Shown here piece after piece: positions 54,009-64,000 of a DNA stretch of 64,000 nt; positions within the stretch are counted from its first letter, which is position 1, and the number at the start of each line of letters is the position of its first letter. This DNA is from Phoronis australis (lineage: Eukaryota; Animalia; Phoronida). The position numbers were made by a program, and so were the translations under genes. The stretch spans positions 1,259 through 65,258 of the forward strand of contig NMRA01001041.1 of the NCBI GenBank assembly GCA_002633005.1, in the 5' to 3' direction. The notes under the pieces were generated by a model. It was not told the origin of the DNA. It saw only the letters and a program-made list of their open reading frames with translations, and searched no databases.

Positions 54009-56103
54009 CAGGGCTCGACGCTATTAAAATCGCCTGGTCGCATTTTGCCACCTAGCCAAAATCCCAGGTCGCATTTTCAAAATCCAACTTGCATTTGTAA
54101 ATGCCAAGTCGCAAAATTTTCCCGCCATTTTTACGCGCCAAAATAGATTTTTTAGATCGAGAAAATGTTTAGATTATGCTCTTAACTGCAGCGTTAAATA
54201 CTCACAAATTTCGGATCTCAAAATTGACTTCATTCAAGCAGGTACGGCCTTACTGTTCTTCACGACCGCAATTGAAAGACTCTAGAGCACAAGGCAAGTT
54301 GCCGACGTGAAAGTTGAATCAGTGCTTTCTAACTGACTTGTGCATTCGAGTAGCTAAATTTGCGATGTGAAAAGGGAGAAAATGCCCATTGAAAAAGTAT
54401 CCGGGAATTTGTTAGATCTGGCCTGCTACTGGGTGTCATCAAAGTCGTTAACGATTCAAACTAACTCGGGTAATGGCGAGTTTGCTCCTCAATACCTTCC
54501 AAGTACGGGAAAGTCAGTCACAAAACGACACGCATGTCACTAGTGTTAACTTTCTTTCCGAGGTATAAAACAAAGCCGGGATTTGGTTTTTACATATTGT
54601 GAAAAGATGTTTTTGAAAACTGAAATTGTTTAAAATGAAAGTGACACGCCATATAAGCTGCGTGTCAATTTTAAACCACACGCGGTCGTTTGTAGTGCGC
54701 TAGCTTGAACTATTGGTGCTTAATTGCAAATTCTCAAAATTTGAGGGGGTACTTTTAATAAATGAGTGAGCGCTTATTATGAAACACTTTAAAGGTAGGG
54801 AGTAGGCATGTGCGTGAGCATAGCCGTTAACCTCAGTGTTTGCGGTAATAAGATATTAAGACGCTGTAATGGTAAGAAACATTATAATAGGATTTTGCCA
54901 GGCAAACTCCATCTAGTAGGGGTGATTTTCTGGATATTGCTACCACCAACTGTACATTGTATCCGTTTTAGCCACCCGGAATGATTTTGGTTTTAACTGC
55001 CCCCTTCAGCCGGAACAAGGTTGTTTCTATAGGAGTCTGAACATTTTACGGCGACGGTGGTTCGGGGAGCGAAAAGTTGCCGGGTGTATAAAAAAGAAGA
55101 ATGAAAAGTTCGCTAACTTGAACCACAATTTCGCATCTAGTGCCAGTTTAGTTGCAATAGCTCGCTACGGGCATAGAATACAGGGTTTACAAAACATCGA
55201 CCTCGGGAAACGTCAGTTCTGGGTTATATCGGTCCCGGGACATCGAGTCTTTTATAACCGCTGGGAATCTGAGTTCATTTTCAAATAAATCTGTCGCTGT
55301 TCTTTGAAGTGGTGTGAATCGCTGGAGTAGGTCTGCAGTTTACGCTGGCAACAACGTGTGAAAGACAAATCATATTTCGCGTACGTAGCCCCAGAAACAA
55401 GTAAAGGGTTTGAGAATTTCTTGGCAACTGAAAGTAAAGACGTGACCGTCGTTTGGCGATTAATGTGGCTGTCATTTTCACTTTGGGTGTCTTAATACTA
55501 TAAAAAGGAGAAGCACATCTCAGTCTAAGTCACGATTGTTTGCCGGGATCGCTTGCGCGCTAACGGTGCCGCAGTGCGATATCAGGGATATTGTCGTGGA
55601 TATTTGGTACATGTATTAAGGACATCTTATGTGAAAAATAAACATTTTTGTACACCACAAAGTTTGGTAAGTTGATCGCTTAAGAATTAGTAGAAACACT
55701 GTTGTTTTGTGAAGTTTTATCACGTGTTAAGCAGTGGCCCAAAACTTTCTTCGGGGAATCCGGGAATTTACAAAAGTGGCCGAAAGTGTTAGCCAATGAA
55801 ACGCGTCAAAGATCGATTCTGCATATCCCATGTTCACGCGACTTGCTTACAAGTCATCGGGAGGGTTGTTCTCGGTTAGTGTTCTTTTGAAATTGGATTT
55901 GGCAACAACCAAATAACGGTCGGATTAATAAGAGCTGCTTTGTATTTGCCTTGTATCTGTTGAGAAGTGTAAAAAGTCAGCTCGCATTCGTTGGAAATTC
56001 CAGGTCGCATTTTGCGGCTTGATAGGAGCTGACAAAAATCTCAGTTAGCATTTCCAAATTTCAGGTCGCAAATGCGACCTGCAGCTCGTTATGTCGAGCC
56101 CTG
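54009..56103. mobile_element. hAT-like non-autonomous element with 5-bp TSD
   Basis: Perfect TIR CAGGGCTCGAC / GTCGAGCCCTG; TSD GTATT; GGTCGCATTT subterminal repeats at both ends; interrupts the MULE TIR. Confidence 0.85.
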
Positions 56104-56143
56104 GTATTTATAACGTGACTTTGAGGGTTTAGTCGGTGCGAGG

Positions 56144-56295
56144 TGTAGTAATAGCCGAGATTTTCCGACCCGGGGATCGAACCAGCGGCCCCCATAAAAC
56201 CGGCAAGCGTGCTAACCATTCAGCTAATAGGCAATTGCCCGTTAGCGAGTAGCTAACAGAGGCTCATATAATTCACCGGAAGCACATCTACAACA
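56144..56295. mobile_element. 152-bp solo LTR containing a tRNA-like sequence (Helenus-type TRIM)
   Basis: TGTAGTAA...CTACAACA termini, 4-bp TSD GAGG; on the - strand A box TAGCTGAATGG and B box GGTTCGATCC. Confidence 0.8.
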
Positions 56296-56439
56296 GAGGC
56301 ATAATTCGCCGAAAAGCTTTCGGCATACAGAGAGCCTATAGGAGCTGCATCGCCTCTGGTTCGGGCCAACAGAGGCGATGGTCATTGCCTAAGTTGAGGG
56401 CTGACCAAGTGCCTGTGCACTTGCACAGCCAAAGGAGTA

Positions 56440-56506
56440 AGGTGTCCTCTATATGCAAAAGGTATTTATAACAACGTGACTTTGATCTTTTATTCAGTGT
56501 GAGGCA
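56440..56506 (-). repeat. Diverged fragment of the same MULE-like TIR, target of the TatD-LTR insertion
   Basis: AAGGTGT.CCTCTAT..GCAAAAGGTATTTATAACAACGTGACTTTGA...GAGGCA matches the reverse complement of ~53277-53348. Confidence 0.75.
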
Positions 56507-56673
56507 TGTAGTAAATGTCAACGTCAGTCTCAGCTGTGGCGTCTCTATGTTGTGATGTCCTTTTATTAACAATGTTGGTCTTGCGACATCTAACGCCAGA
56601 AGAGCCAAGCCGAGGTCACACTCCTATCACGTGACGAGTCAACCATCGAGACCACGTGACAAGATCGTCTGGG

Positions 56674-57844
56674 CAGGCCTTCATGCAGCGTACGTCCTGG
56701 GCGTCCATTTGGACGCCCTAGCACTAATGTAGACGCCCTGGCAAGGACGCCCAATGTATCATTTGGACGCCCTGTCAATCAGATTTTCTCCAGTTTGGAC
56801 ACCCACATTGAAAGATTACCAAGACTCCTAGTTAATCAAAGCAGGAAGATGGCCCTTTCAACTGGGAAAGAAATATACAAAGTATTTAAAATGTTGCAAT
56901 ATTCAAACTATTTGGTAGACCTGTCAATCATTAGCACGTGGTTGGTTGCCAGAGTGTCTGCTTTCAATAGACTCACATGCCATTGCCATTCTGTACTTNN
57001 NNNNNNNNNNNNNNNNNNNNNNNNNNNNNNNNNNNNNNNNNNNNNNNTATTCAAACTATTTGGTAGACCTGTCAATCATTAGCACGTGGTTGGTTGCCAG
57101 AGTGTCTGCTTTCAATAGACTCACATGCCACTGCCATTCTGTACTTTATATAGGGACATGGACCTTGCTTAACTCCAAACTGGTGTTTCAGAGCTGTAAT
57201 TTCATGTACTTCTTCTTTTTTTAAAAATACCAAAAGCAAAATAAATGTCATTACTTTAATAATATGATGTGCCGCAAGAATATCCCCATTTAAAATGTTT
57301 GAGTTTTCGCCTGTTTCATGCTTTTCTATGTGCGTCTAAAACGGAGCAGCAGTGACACCTGTTGTCAAAATATAAACCACACATCATCTGTGCATTTTTC
57401 TTTTGTTGGTAACTGCAGCTTTGATAACTCATTGTACAGAATATAAAGCTAGTGAAGTTGATATAATAAACTTTATAACAGAATTTGACTTGAGATGAGC
57501 AAAAACAGTGCACTCATCGTTCAACCAATATCTGTAATATCTGTAATACCCGTTTGGTAAGCTATTTGGCTGTTTTCGTAAATTTAAACATAAAAGTCTT
57601 GATCAATAGTTTTTTAGTACTTAAAAAAGCCCAATGCAAGGGAGCTGTTTTTGTAAACTTAGGTGTAAAAGCCTTGTTCAACGCATTTTTTAATTGTAAA
57701 AAAACTCACTGTGTGTGTTGGGGGGGGGCTACTGGTGAATGGGATGGGGAGGGGGGGGAATGCGGCGTTGGAATCATGGACGCCCTGGAATATTGGGAAC
57801 CCCATTTTGGACACCCTATGTTCGAAATCCTAGATGAAACCCTG
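56674..57844. mobile_element. hAT-like MITE inserted in the 5' LTR
   Basis: 8-bp TSD CGTCTGGG; imperfect TIRs CAGGCCTTCATGCAG / CTAGATGAAACCCTG; GGAC(G/A)CCC subterminal repeats; the 3' LTR shows the empty site. Confidence 0.85.
56999..57047. other. Assembly gap with duplicated ~100-bp flanks
   Basis: N run; 56898-56998 is repeated at 57048-57146. Confidence 0.95.
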
Positions 57845-58600
57845 CGTCTGGGCCTTCTGGAGTTCGCTGCCGTCCTGTACGGACGTAATGTGAGTATTCT
57901 CCAGACTGTTCTCTTGCACCGTGTTAATAGGCGCGAGCCTGTTTGTCCTCTTTGGCCAACCGACTTCCTCAATTACAACATTTGGCGTAGTTGGCAAGTT
58001 GGATCAACGAATCCCGGTGTTCTGGAGCGTCTCCCCCAGCTACTAAAGGAGCCCTTTGTAGCTGGCCTTGGTGAAGTCGGTCTGGAGGCCCAGGAGGACT
58101 TGGCCATCCAAAAAGAAGCTTTCGAGGAGATGGTGCGAATCTTTGCGGAGGTTCGGGCCAGCTCCCCCAGCTTCAAAAACAATGTCGTGGTGATCCACCT
58201 TCGTGGCTCCCCCGACAATCCACGCTTCTTGGAGGGACAAGACTTCGTCTTCGATCTCCTGAAGCGCTACTGTGATGCAGACTTGGGTTTGCATCTCCAT
58301 TGTTTTGGAGGTGCGCCCGAGGATGTACTCCGGTGGACGGGGTTCTTTAGAAACTGCCACTTCGGCTTCGCCGGTCACGTGCGGCAGTTTCTAAAGTTCC
58401 AAAACAAGGGGCTACAAGAGGTTCCAATGAATCGACTCCTCCTGGAGTCCGATTCACCGCACCTCGCCATTGGGCAAGCCCCAATAGCGCCCCAATACCT
58501 GGGGGAAGTAGCTATGGAGGTGGCGCAGCGTTCTCGTCGTCCGCTGCGTGACATCCTGGCTGCTTCCACCAGGAATGCCAGGCGGCTTTACCATCTCTAA
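57776..58600 (+). CDS. TatD-family metal-dependent nuclease, N-terminally truncated; intronless, with a chimeric N-terminus
   Basis: Motifs GEVGLE, IHLR, LHCF, HFGF, LLLESDSPHL, NARRLY; the N-terminal HxH motif is absent; TatD similarity starts ~58020; first in-frame ATG (57776) lies in the hAT insert. Confidence 0.8.
   Translation: MDALEYWEPHFGHPMFEILDETLRLGLLEFAAVLYGRNVSILQTVLLHRVNRREPVCPLWPTDFLNYNIWRSWQVGSTNPGVLERLPQLLKEPFVAGLGEVGLEAQEDLAIQKEAFEEMVRIFAEVRASSPSFKNNVVVIHLRGSPDNPRFLEGQDFVFDLLKRYCDADLGLHLHCFGGAPEDVLRWTGFFRNCHFGFAGHVRQFLKFQNKGLQEVPMNRLLLESDSPHLAIGQAPIAPQYLGEVAMEVAQRSRRPLRDILAASTRNARRLYHL
57983..57996 (+). promoter_or_regulatory. Primer-binding site, probably tRNA-Ser
   Basis: TGGCGTAGTTGGCA vs TGGCGTAGTCGGCA, the complement of the animal tRNA-Ser 3' end as recalled; 2 nt after the LTR CA. 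Confidence 0.7.
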
Positions 58601-60126
58601 CAAATTGTTAGAGGTGGTTCAGCATCCTGGTGTGCTTGGGTCATAACTTATGCCCCAGGTTTTCTCTTAGTCCCTTGGGTAATTGCCCGTTATTATAAAC
58701 TCTGGGGCTGACTACGGTCTCTGGGTTTGTGCCTTACCCTTGGTCCTAGGAGAAGTGTAATGTCCGTTTTAAGTAGTATAAGTAGTATAAGTAGATAAGT
58801 AGCGTACTGGTCCATTATTTTTATATTTAGTAGTGTTTATGTGTTAAAACTATATAGTATATTTTTGTTATAAGTTTTCATACTATATATATAGTCTATT
58901 ATATATTCAAGACTACACTTTCTATAGTATTGTGTATTAGTTGTTACTATATAGTTTATTTTTGTATATTTAGTTAAGTTTCCTATATAGTCTATGTATG
59001 TTATTAAAGACTATATCATTTTATATCTCTGTTCATCACTACTGAAGTAATGAATACTCATTTTAGGGCCAGTATGCTTTTGTTGTTCAGTTTTTTAGTT
59101 TTTTTTAAAAAAAGATGTATATATTCTCTCGCCAGGTCATCACCAACAATCAGAGTGTTGTCATAGCATAGTCCAGGAATTTTATGCTCCCTGGTACTGG
59201 TATTAGTGGAGCATATTTTCTTTTTTTTTCTTTTTTAGTCATGTTCGACTACAATAGTGGATATATGCTATGTCTTATTAGTATTTGTTTTTTTTTTTGG
59301 TAGGGGGGAGAATAGTTAGATTAAATTTTAAACAGCAATTCGTACTTTACAAGGTCACCCCTCATCATGTTAGTTATAGGGTTTATAGTCTTGTCTTCAC
59401 TGTTGTTTTAGGTCAAGGGTTTATGTTTAGGTGTTGGGAATGACGTTCGCCATTTGCTATAAGGGCTCCACTCCTTTTCTTTAGGGAAGGGAGGAATGTA
59501 GTAAATGTCGACGTCAGTCTCGGCTGTGGCGTCTCTATGTTGTGATGTCCTTTTATTAACAATGTTGGTCTTGGCCTGGTGCGACATCTAACGCCAGAAG
59601 AGCCCAGCCGAGGTCACACCCCTATTACGTGACGAGTCAACCATCGAGACCACGTGACAAGATCGCCTTGGCCTTCTGGAGTTCGCTGCCGTCCTGTACG
59701 GACGGAATTAGGGTGAGCAAACCAATATGGCGGAAATTCAGCAAGAGCGAAATTTTGCCATTTTTCATGATTTTCACAAGCTCATATCTATTAGCATACT
59801 AAGTGGTGGAAAATGAAAAGTATGCCAGTGAAATATTTAATTTTTCTTCTTTCTATTGATATCCATAACAAAAATTTGGACATTAATGAGTATTTTTAAA
59901 AATTGAAGTAAAGCGAGCACTTCACAAATTTTTCACTCACCGGCAAATTCTTGTGACTTTCAGTAGGGGTCAAACTTTCAGCTGTTAAATGGCCGTTACT
60001 GAACCGATTTTAATGATATTCATGTCAAACTGTTTGCTACAAAATTCTACTTTCAACCCTGAGTGTACACTTTTTATTTTTTTGACAAAAATATGAGAAA
60101 ATGTACTTTTTTTAATTTACTGCCTC

Positions 60127-60204
60127 NNNNNNNNNNNNNNNNNNNNNNNNNNNNNNNNNNNNNNNNNNNNNNNNNNNNNNNNNNNNNNNNNNNNNNNNNN
60201 NNNN
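60127..60204. other. Assembly gap
   Basis: N run. Confidence 0.99.
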
Positions 60205-62686
60205 AACACTTCTAAAAAGGTAACTTCAGTCATTTTTCAAGAACCATGTTGACCTTTCCAGGGTTCAAACTAAACTCGAATCTGATTGGTCAAATGTAAT
60301 CAACAGAACCAGTCAAAACTTCTCTAAATTACAAAAAGTGGCCCAAACCTGGTAAAATATTTTCGTTAAAATAATATAGAACAATTTTAAAATTTAGTTT
60401 ACTTCAATTTTGGGGATGGAGTCATTTTTTTCTATTTTCTTCAAAAATATTTTTTGTTACACTTTTACTACCTCGTGGGGGCGCTGTGATCAGTTTCATT
60501 TTTAGAAAATTACATTTTTCACCAAAATAAATGTTCAATCAACGCTGCAGTGCATCAAAACATTTCAGAATACAAATATGCTCTTTTTGGATAGTCACCA
60601 ACACTACACCTCTCAGTTTTTATATTATTTGATAGGAATGAAATTGATTTAAAATTCGATGAAATTTTAGGGTCCAATTTAATTTTGTTTAATTAAAAAT
60701 GCATATTATCATTTTTTTCATTTTGTGTTCAACTTAAGATTGTGAAAACATTGATCTTACTTGGGAAAAAAGATTAATTTACATAACCTCACAGGTTTTA
60801 AAATAAATAGCGAAATACTCTGAAAAAGACTAGTTTTCTGTCGGTGAATTTTTCAATTTTTGTTGTTCTTGTTCGTGCAAAATATAATAATTTGTGGTTT
60901 GGTGTCTATGCCATGTTGNAAGCGTGTGAAACACCTTTATGTTACCAGAAATTCATAGATGTGTTTCAAAGCATAACGCTACACCAAAGTATGATAATCT
61001 ATGGCATCTATGGCGGCAGTGTGCTTGTTTGTGCTCTTGGACGACTTGGAGGAGGTTGACTGAGTATGAGACGAATAATGGTGATGAAGCAGAAGAGGAT
61101 GACGGTGTTGAGGATCCACGTGTTCGAGGAACCACTCCATCCTGTAGCAATATATGGGCCAGTTGTACATCATACTGTAGAGACCTGCTCATTATTTTTT
61201 CAGTGAAAGCCAAACAATATATCAAACCCTGCAAATAGATTGAAACAATAAGACATATGGTTCGTTACAAAATACAAAAAATGTTCAATCTACGACGATC
61301 ACTTCTTGAGGTACTCATTACAAACCCACAATACAGTTGGGTTGGTGTCGGGTGAATTTTATTCCAATAATTCTTGAACTGTATTGCTAATAATTTAATG
61401 AATTTGTTGTCGTCATCAATGAGATTTAGTTGTTATTGTGACTGAATGACTGAGACTGTCAGAACCTTCCAACTTAGCAGGTAACTGTGAATTAGAACCA
61501 ATCATTACTGACAGGACTATCCCTACCTCTTAGTGTTCTTCGAATGTTTGATCACATCGGTTCCCTGTGTAAGCCTTTTTTATGTTGAAAACCAATACTT
61601 ATTCAACTGCAACTCTAATACAACATAAGTACAGAACATAAACTAAAAACTTCACTAAAGTAGACACATTGGCACACATAGCAGTTAAACAAGATCAGTT
61701 AATAGGTTACTTAAAAGCAAAACGTATGAAAATGGAACTCGGGATGTCTATTTTCATTTTGTGGAGTCAAGAGTAGATTTGGTATTTGGACTATGAACTA
61801 TTTTCAGAAAAAGTGAAATGCTTAGGTGTTGATATGGTGGTAGAGCATTTAGTTCTACAGACTTAAATTAGAGCAATCTTGGAGGATTTTGGAGTTATGG
61901 CAAAATGCGCACCCGAGGACATTAAAAAGTAATGGTTTTTCATGAGTTTATTTTCAATTTTTTTTATTTATGTTCCAATTCAATGAGCTGTGTAAGGTGT
62001 CAAAGTGATGACTGAGAGTTAGTAGTGACATAGGAAAAGAAATTAGGCAAAAATCTTGTACGGTTTTTGAGATATTACGTCATACATGCCGCAAACGTTA
62101 AAATTTTATAATTTTCGTAGGTTTTTCAATTTCAAATTCTAATAAGTTTTTCAAATTTAATGTCCTGTTATAGGTGCTGACATGATGTCTGAGTGTTAGA
62201 ACAACATGGTAAAAAAAGAATTAGGCAAAAATCTTTAACAGTTTTTGATATATAGCAAAATACATTCAATAAATCGTGAAAAGTTGCCGATTCTACAAGA
62301 TTGTTCAATTTTGAGATTTTTTAAAATTTAAAATTACTTTTTTAATATGCATTTACAAATGCAGGAGCATTAATGTTTCAGTGACCTTTCTATGATGATG
62401 TTATGACATCCTGAAAGTTTCAGATCTCTATGTGTGTCCTTTTTTAAAATATAGGGTCTTGAAGTTGCACTCAGAATGAAAAACGCAGCATCACAAACCA
62501 GAAAAAAACTAAGTCGAGTTGTTTTTTTCCAATTTTGAACACCTTAGTAATTATCACAGGTACAACTTCTCACAAATTTAGCTGATTAGTCTTAAAATAC
62601 AAGACAGTAAGAACAAGTTAGCTAATTTTTAGCAGTTTATAAACTATATTGTTAAAATAATTCAAGCTTAAACTCTTGGTTGACCA

Positions 62687-62960
62687 TAGGCAATGACCAT
62701 CGCCTCTGTTGGCCCGAACCAGAGGCGATGTAGAGGCTATAGGCGCTCTGTACGCCGGAAGCTTTTTGGCGAATTATGCCTCGCACCGGCTAAACCATCA
62801 AAGTCACGTTGTTACAAATACCTTTTGCGCATAGAGGAACACCTTAGGAGGTTGTCGATGTGTTTAAGTTCCTCCAACTCGGAAAAATACTCCCGTTATG
62901 AAACTTTTTCTTCGAGCAGTCCCTATTTCAGTTCCCAAAATCGTGAACTCACCATTTTTA
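62687..62960 (+). repeat. Uninterrupted TIR arm of the MULE-like family
   Basis: Near-identical to 53187-53460; shows the empty site TTATGCCTCGCACC. Confidence 0.85.
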
Positions 62961-64000
62961 TTACTCAATGAGGGCTTTCATTTGAATGCCTCTTCATGTA
63001 ATTTTGTTAAACTTGAAATTTTGGTTTGCTCACCCTAGTCAGACTCAGAGGCTCTGACGAGTGATAATGGGTGTTTATAGCCTTTCCTTATTAGCACTCA
63101 CTTTGAAATCCTTTTAATGTCACATGACGTCGTCAAAACAGCTTTCAGTGGAGTCTGATAAGAAATCTGTCATCCAGAAGTTGTGAACAAACAGTGAGAC
63201 AGCCAAATGTTTGTAAACATTCAGCAAAATCTTGTAAATAACAGATGTCACTATATACTTCCGAGTTATGTGCTGCCACCTAGTAGCAATGAGTTGAAGC
63301 ATTTACCCAGAGCTGCACTAAGTGAACCGCACAGGTATAGTCCAGTCGTGGCAACCCCTAACCGGTCACTTCGTGCCGACTGGAGCCTGTCAAAGTCAGA
63401 GTGCGGTTGTTAAGTGCAATAGGGAACTCGGATTTTAATGGGTGTTTTGTATTTTAAACTGAGTTACATGTATATATATATAAATCATGCGCCGCACTCA
63501 GGGGCCGGGCTCCGGGTGCTCGCCGAACGAGTTGGCGACTCATGCCGTAATCATGCCGTGAGCAAAAAGGTCGATCCTCCTCAGAGAAACAAAAACTACG
63601 AAAAAAGTAGAAACTGAGACAAAAGTACAATAAAAAGGCAGGAACTACCACAAAATTCGGCGAATGTATAATTCATAGCTGCCCCGTAAGGTGACACGGC
63701 ATTCTCTCACAAAACTTCGGTCGAACACCTCTTTTCATTAGGCTGGGTGTGCGCATGAAAGTTAAACGACAATAATGGATCAACTGAAATTTTGGGATAT
63801 AATCACATCCAAGGGAAACAGAAATAAAGGCTTTGTTCCTGTTTCTGTTTACAACTTGAAGGATGTGATAACCCGAAAATTTCAGTGATCCAATGCCGAG
63901 TATGATACCTTTCGTCAATAGTAGGCCTGGATCACCTCAGTTAGTTCCAGCTATAGACATTTAAAATGTATAAGCTGCATGCATAAAAGATCATTAAATG

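Larger units (their letters stand above)
53187..56391. mobile_element. MULE-like foldback MITE (~275-bp TIRs, 9-bp TSD) with two nested insertions in its right TIR
   Basis: TSD AGTTGAGGG at 53178-86 and 56392-400; TIR starts TAGGCAATGA with internal hairpin ATCGCCTCTG..CAGAGGCGAT. Confidence 0.85.
56507..59708 (+). mobile_element. Non-autonomous LTR retroelement carrying a TatD nuclease ORF
   Basis: 5' LTR 56507-57980 (~295 bp without the hAT insert; TG...CA), PBS TGGCGTAGTTGGCA at 57983, PPT AGGGAAGGGAGGAA 59483-96, 3' LTR from 59497 truncated at 59708. Confidence 0.88.
59709..63037. mobile_element. hAT-like TIR pair (TAGGG termini) spanning an assembly gap; possibly ends of two different copies
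   Basis: Perfect 17-bp inverted termini TAGGGTGAGCAAACCAA / TTGGTTTGCTCACCCTA; flanks show no TSD. Confidence 0.55.

Noticed and set aside
56165-56232. Functional tRNA gene or tRNA-SINE
   Set aside because: Acceptor and anticodon stems are degenerate, there is no tail, and it is bounded by TG...CA with a 4-bp TSD
56898-57146. ~100-bp direct repeat around the N run
   Set aside because: Typical unmerged contig overlap at a scaffold gap, not a biological duplication
57554-57775. N-terminal 74 aa of the listed 348-aa ORF
   Set aside because: Starts at a non-ATG codon and lies in non-coding hAT MITE sequence
57999-58600. TatD as bacterial contamination or a normal host gene
   Set aside because: It sits between PBS, PPT and LTRs contiguous with animal repeats; it has no operon context and no introns
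51787-60840. Long inverted repeats (51787-52853 / 60266-60840) as TIRs of one 9-kb element
   Set aside because: No TSD, the CAGGG terminus faces inward at ~60259, and a gap intervenes; more likely two independent fragments
60953-61234. Possible piggyBac-like Cys-rich C-terminal remnant (- strand)
   Set aside because: Similarity too weak to support without a profile search

Overview
AT-rich, repeat-dense animal genomic DNA with spliceosomal introns and two assembly gaps. It is most likely a lophotrochozoan invertebrate such as a mollusc (inferred from the repeat types and the Death-SEFIR gene). Two host genes are supported. (1) A + strand gene with five coding exons (27819-40662, 604 aa when spliced) encoding an N-terminal Death domain and a C-terminal SEFIR domain, i.e. 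an Act1/CIKS (TRAF3IP2)-like IL-17 pathway adaptor. (2) Exons 2-3 of ATP synthase subunit g (ATP5MG) on the - strand (49699-48374); exon 1 was not found. The rest is transposon-derived: Helentron-type MITEs carrying arrays of CTCF-like or YY1-like motifs, Kolobok-like THAP elements, a fossil ISL2EU-like element (THAP + YqaJ), hAT-like MITEs with 5-, 6- and 8-bp TSDs, a MULE-like foldback element, and minisatellites. The most striking object is at 56.1-59.7 kb: a non-autonomous LTR retroelement (LTR, tRNA-Ser PBS, TatD nuclease ORF, PPT, LTR) with no gag/pol. Beside it is a 152-bp solo LTR containing a tRNA-like Pol III cassette. The two LTR types share their termini (TGTAGTAA...TACAACA) and sit within 2 bp of the same position in two copies of one MULE-like TIR, hinting at a TatD-carrying, target-selective LTR family with a tRNA-bearing TRIM parasite. 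All calls are from manual reading; no searches were run.
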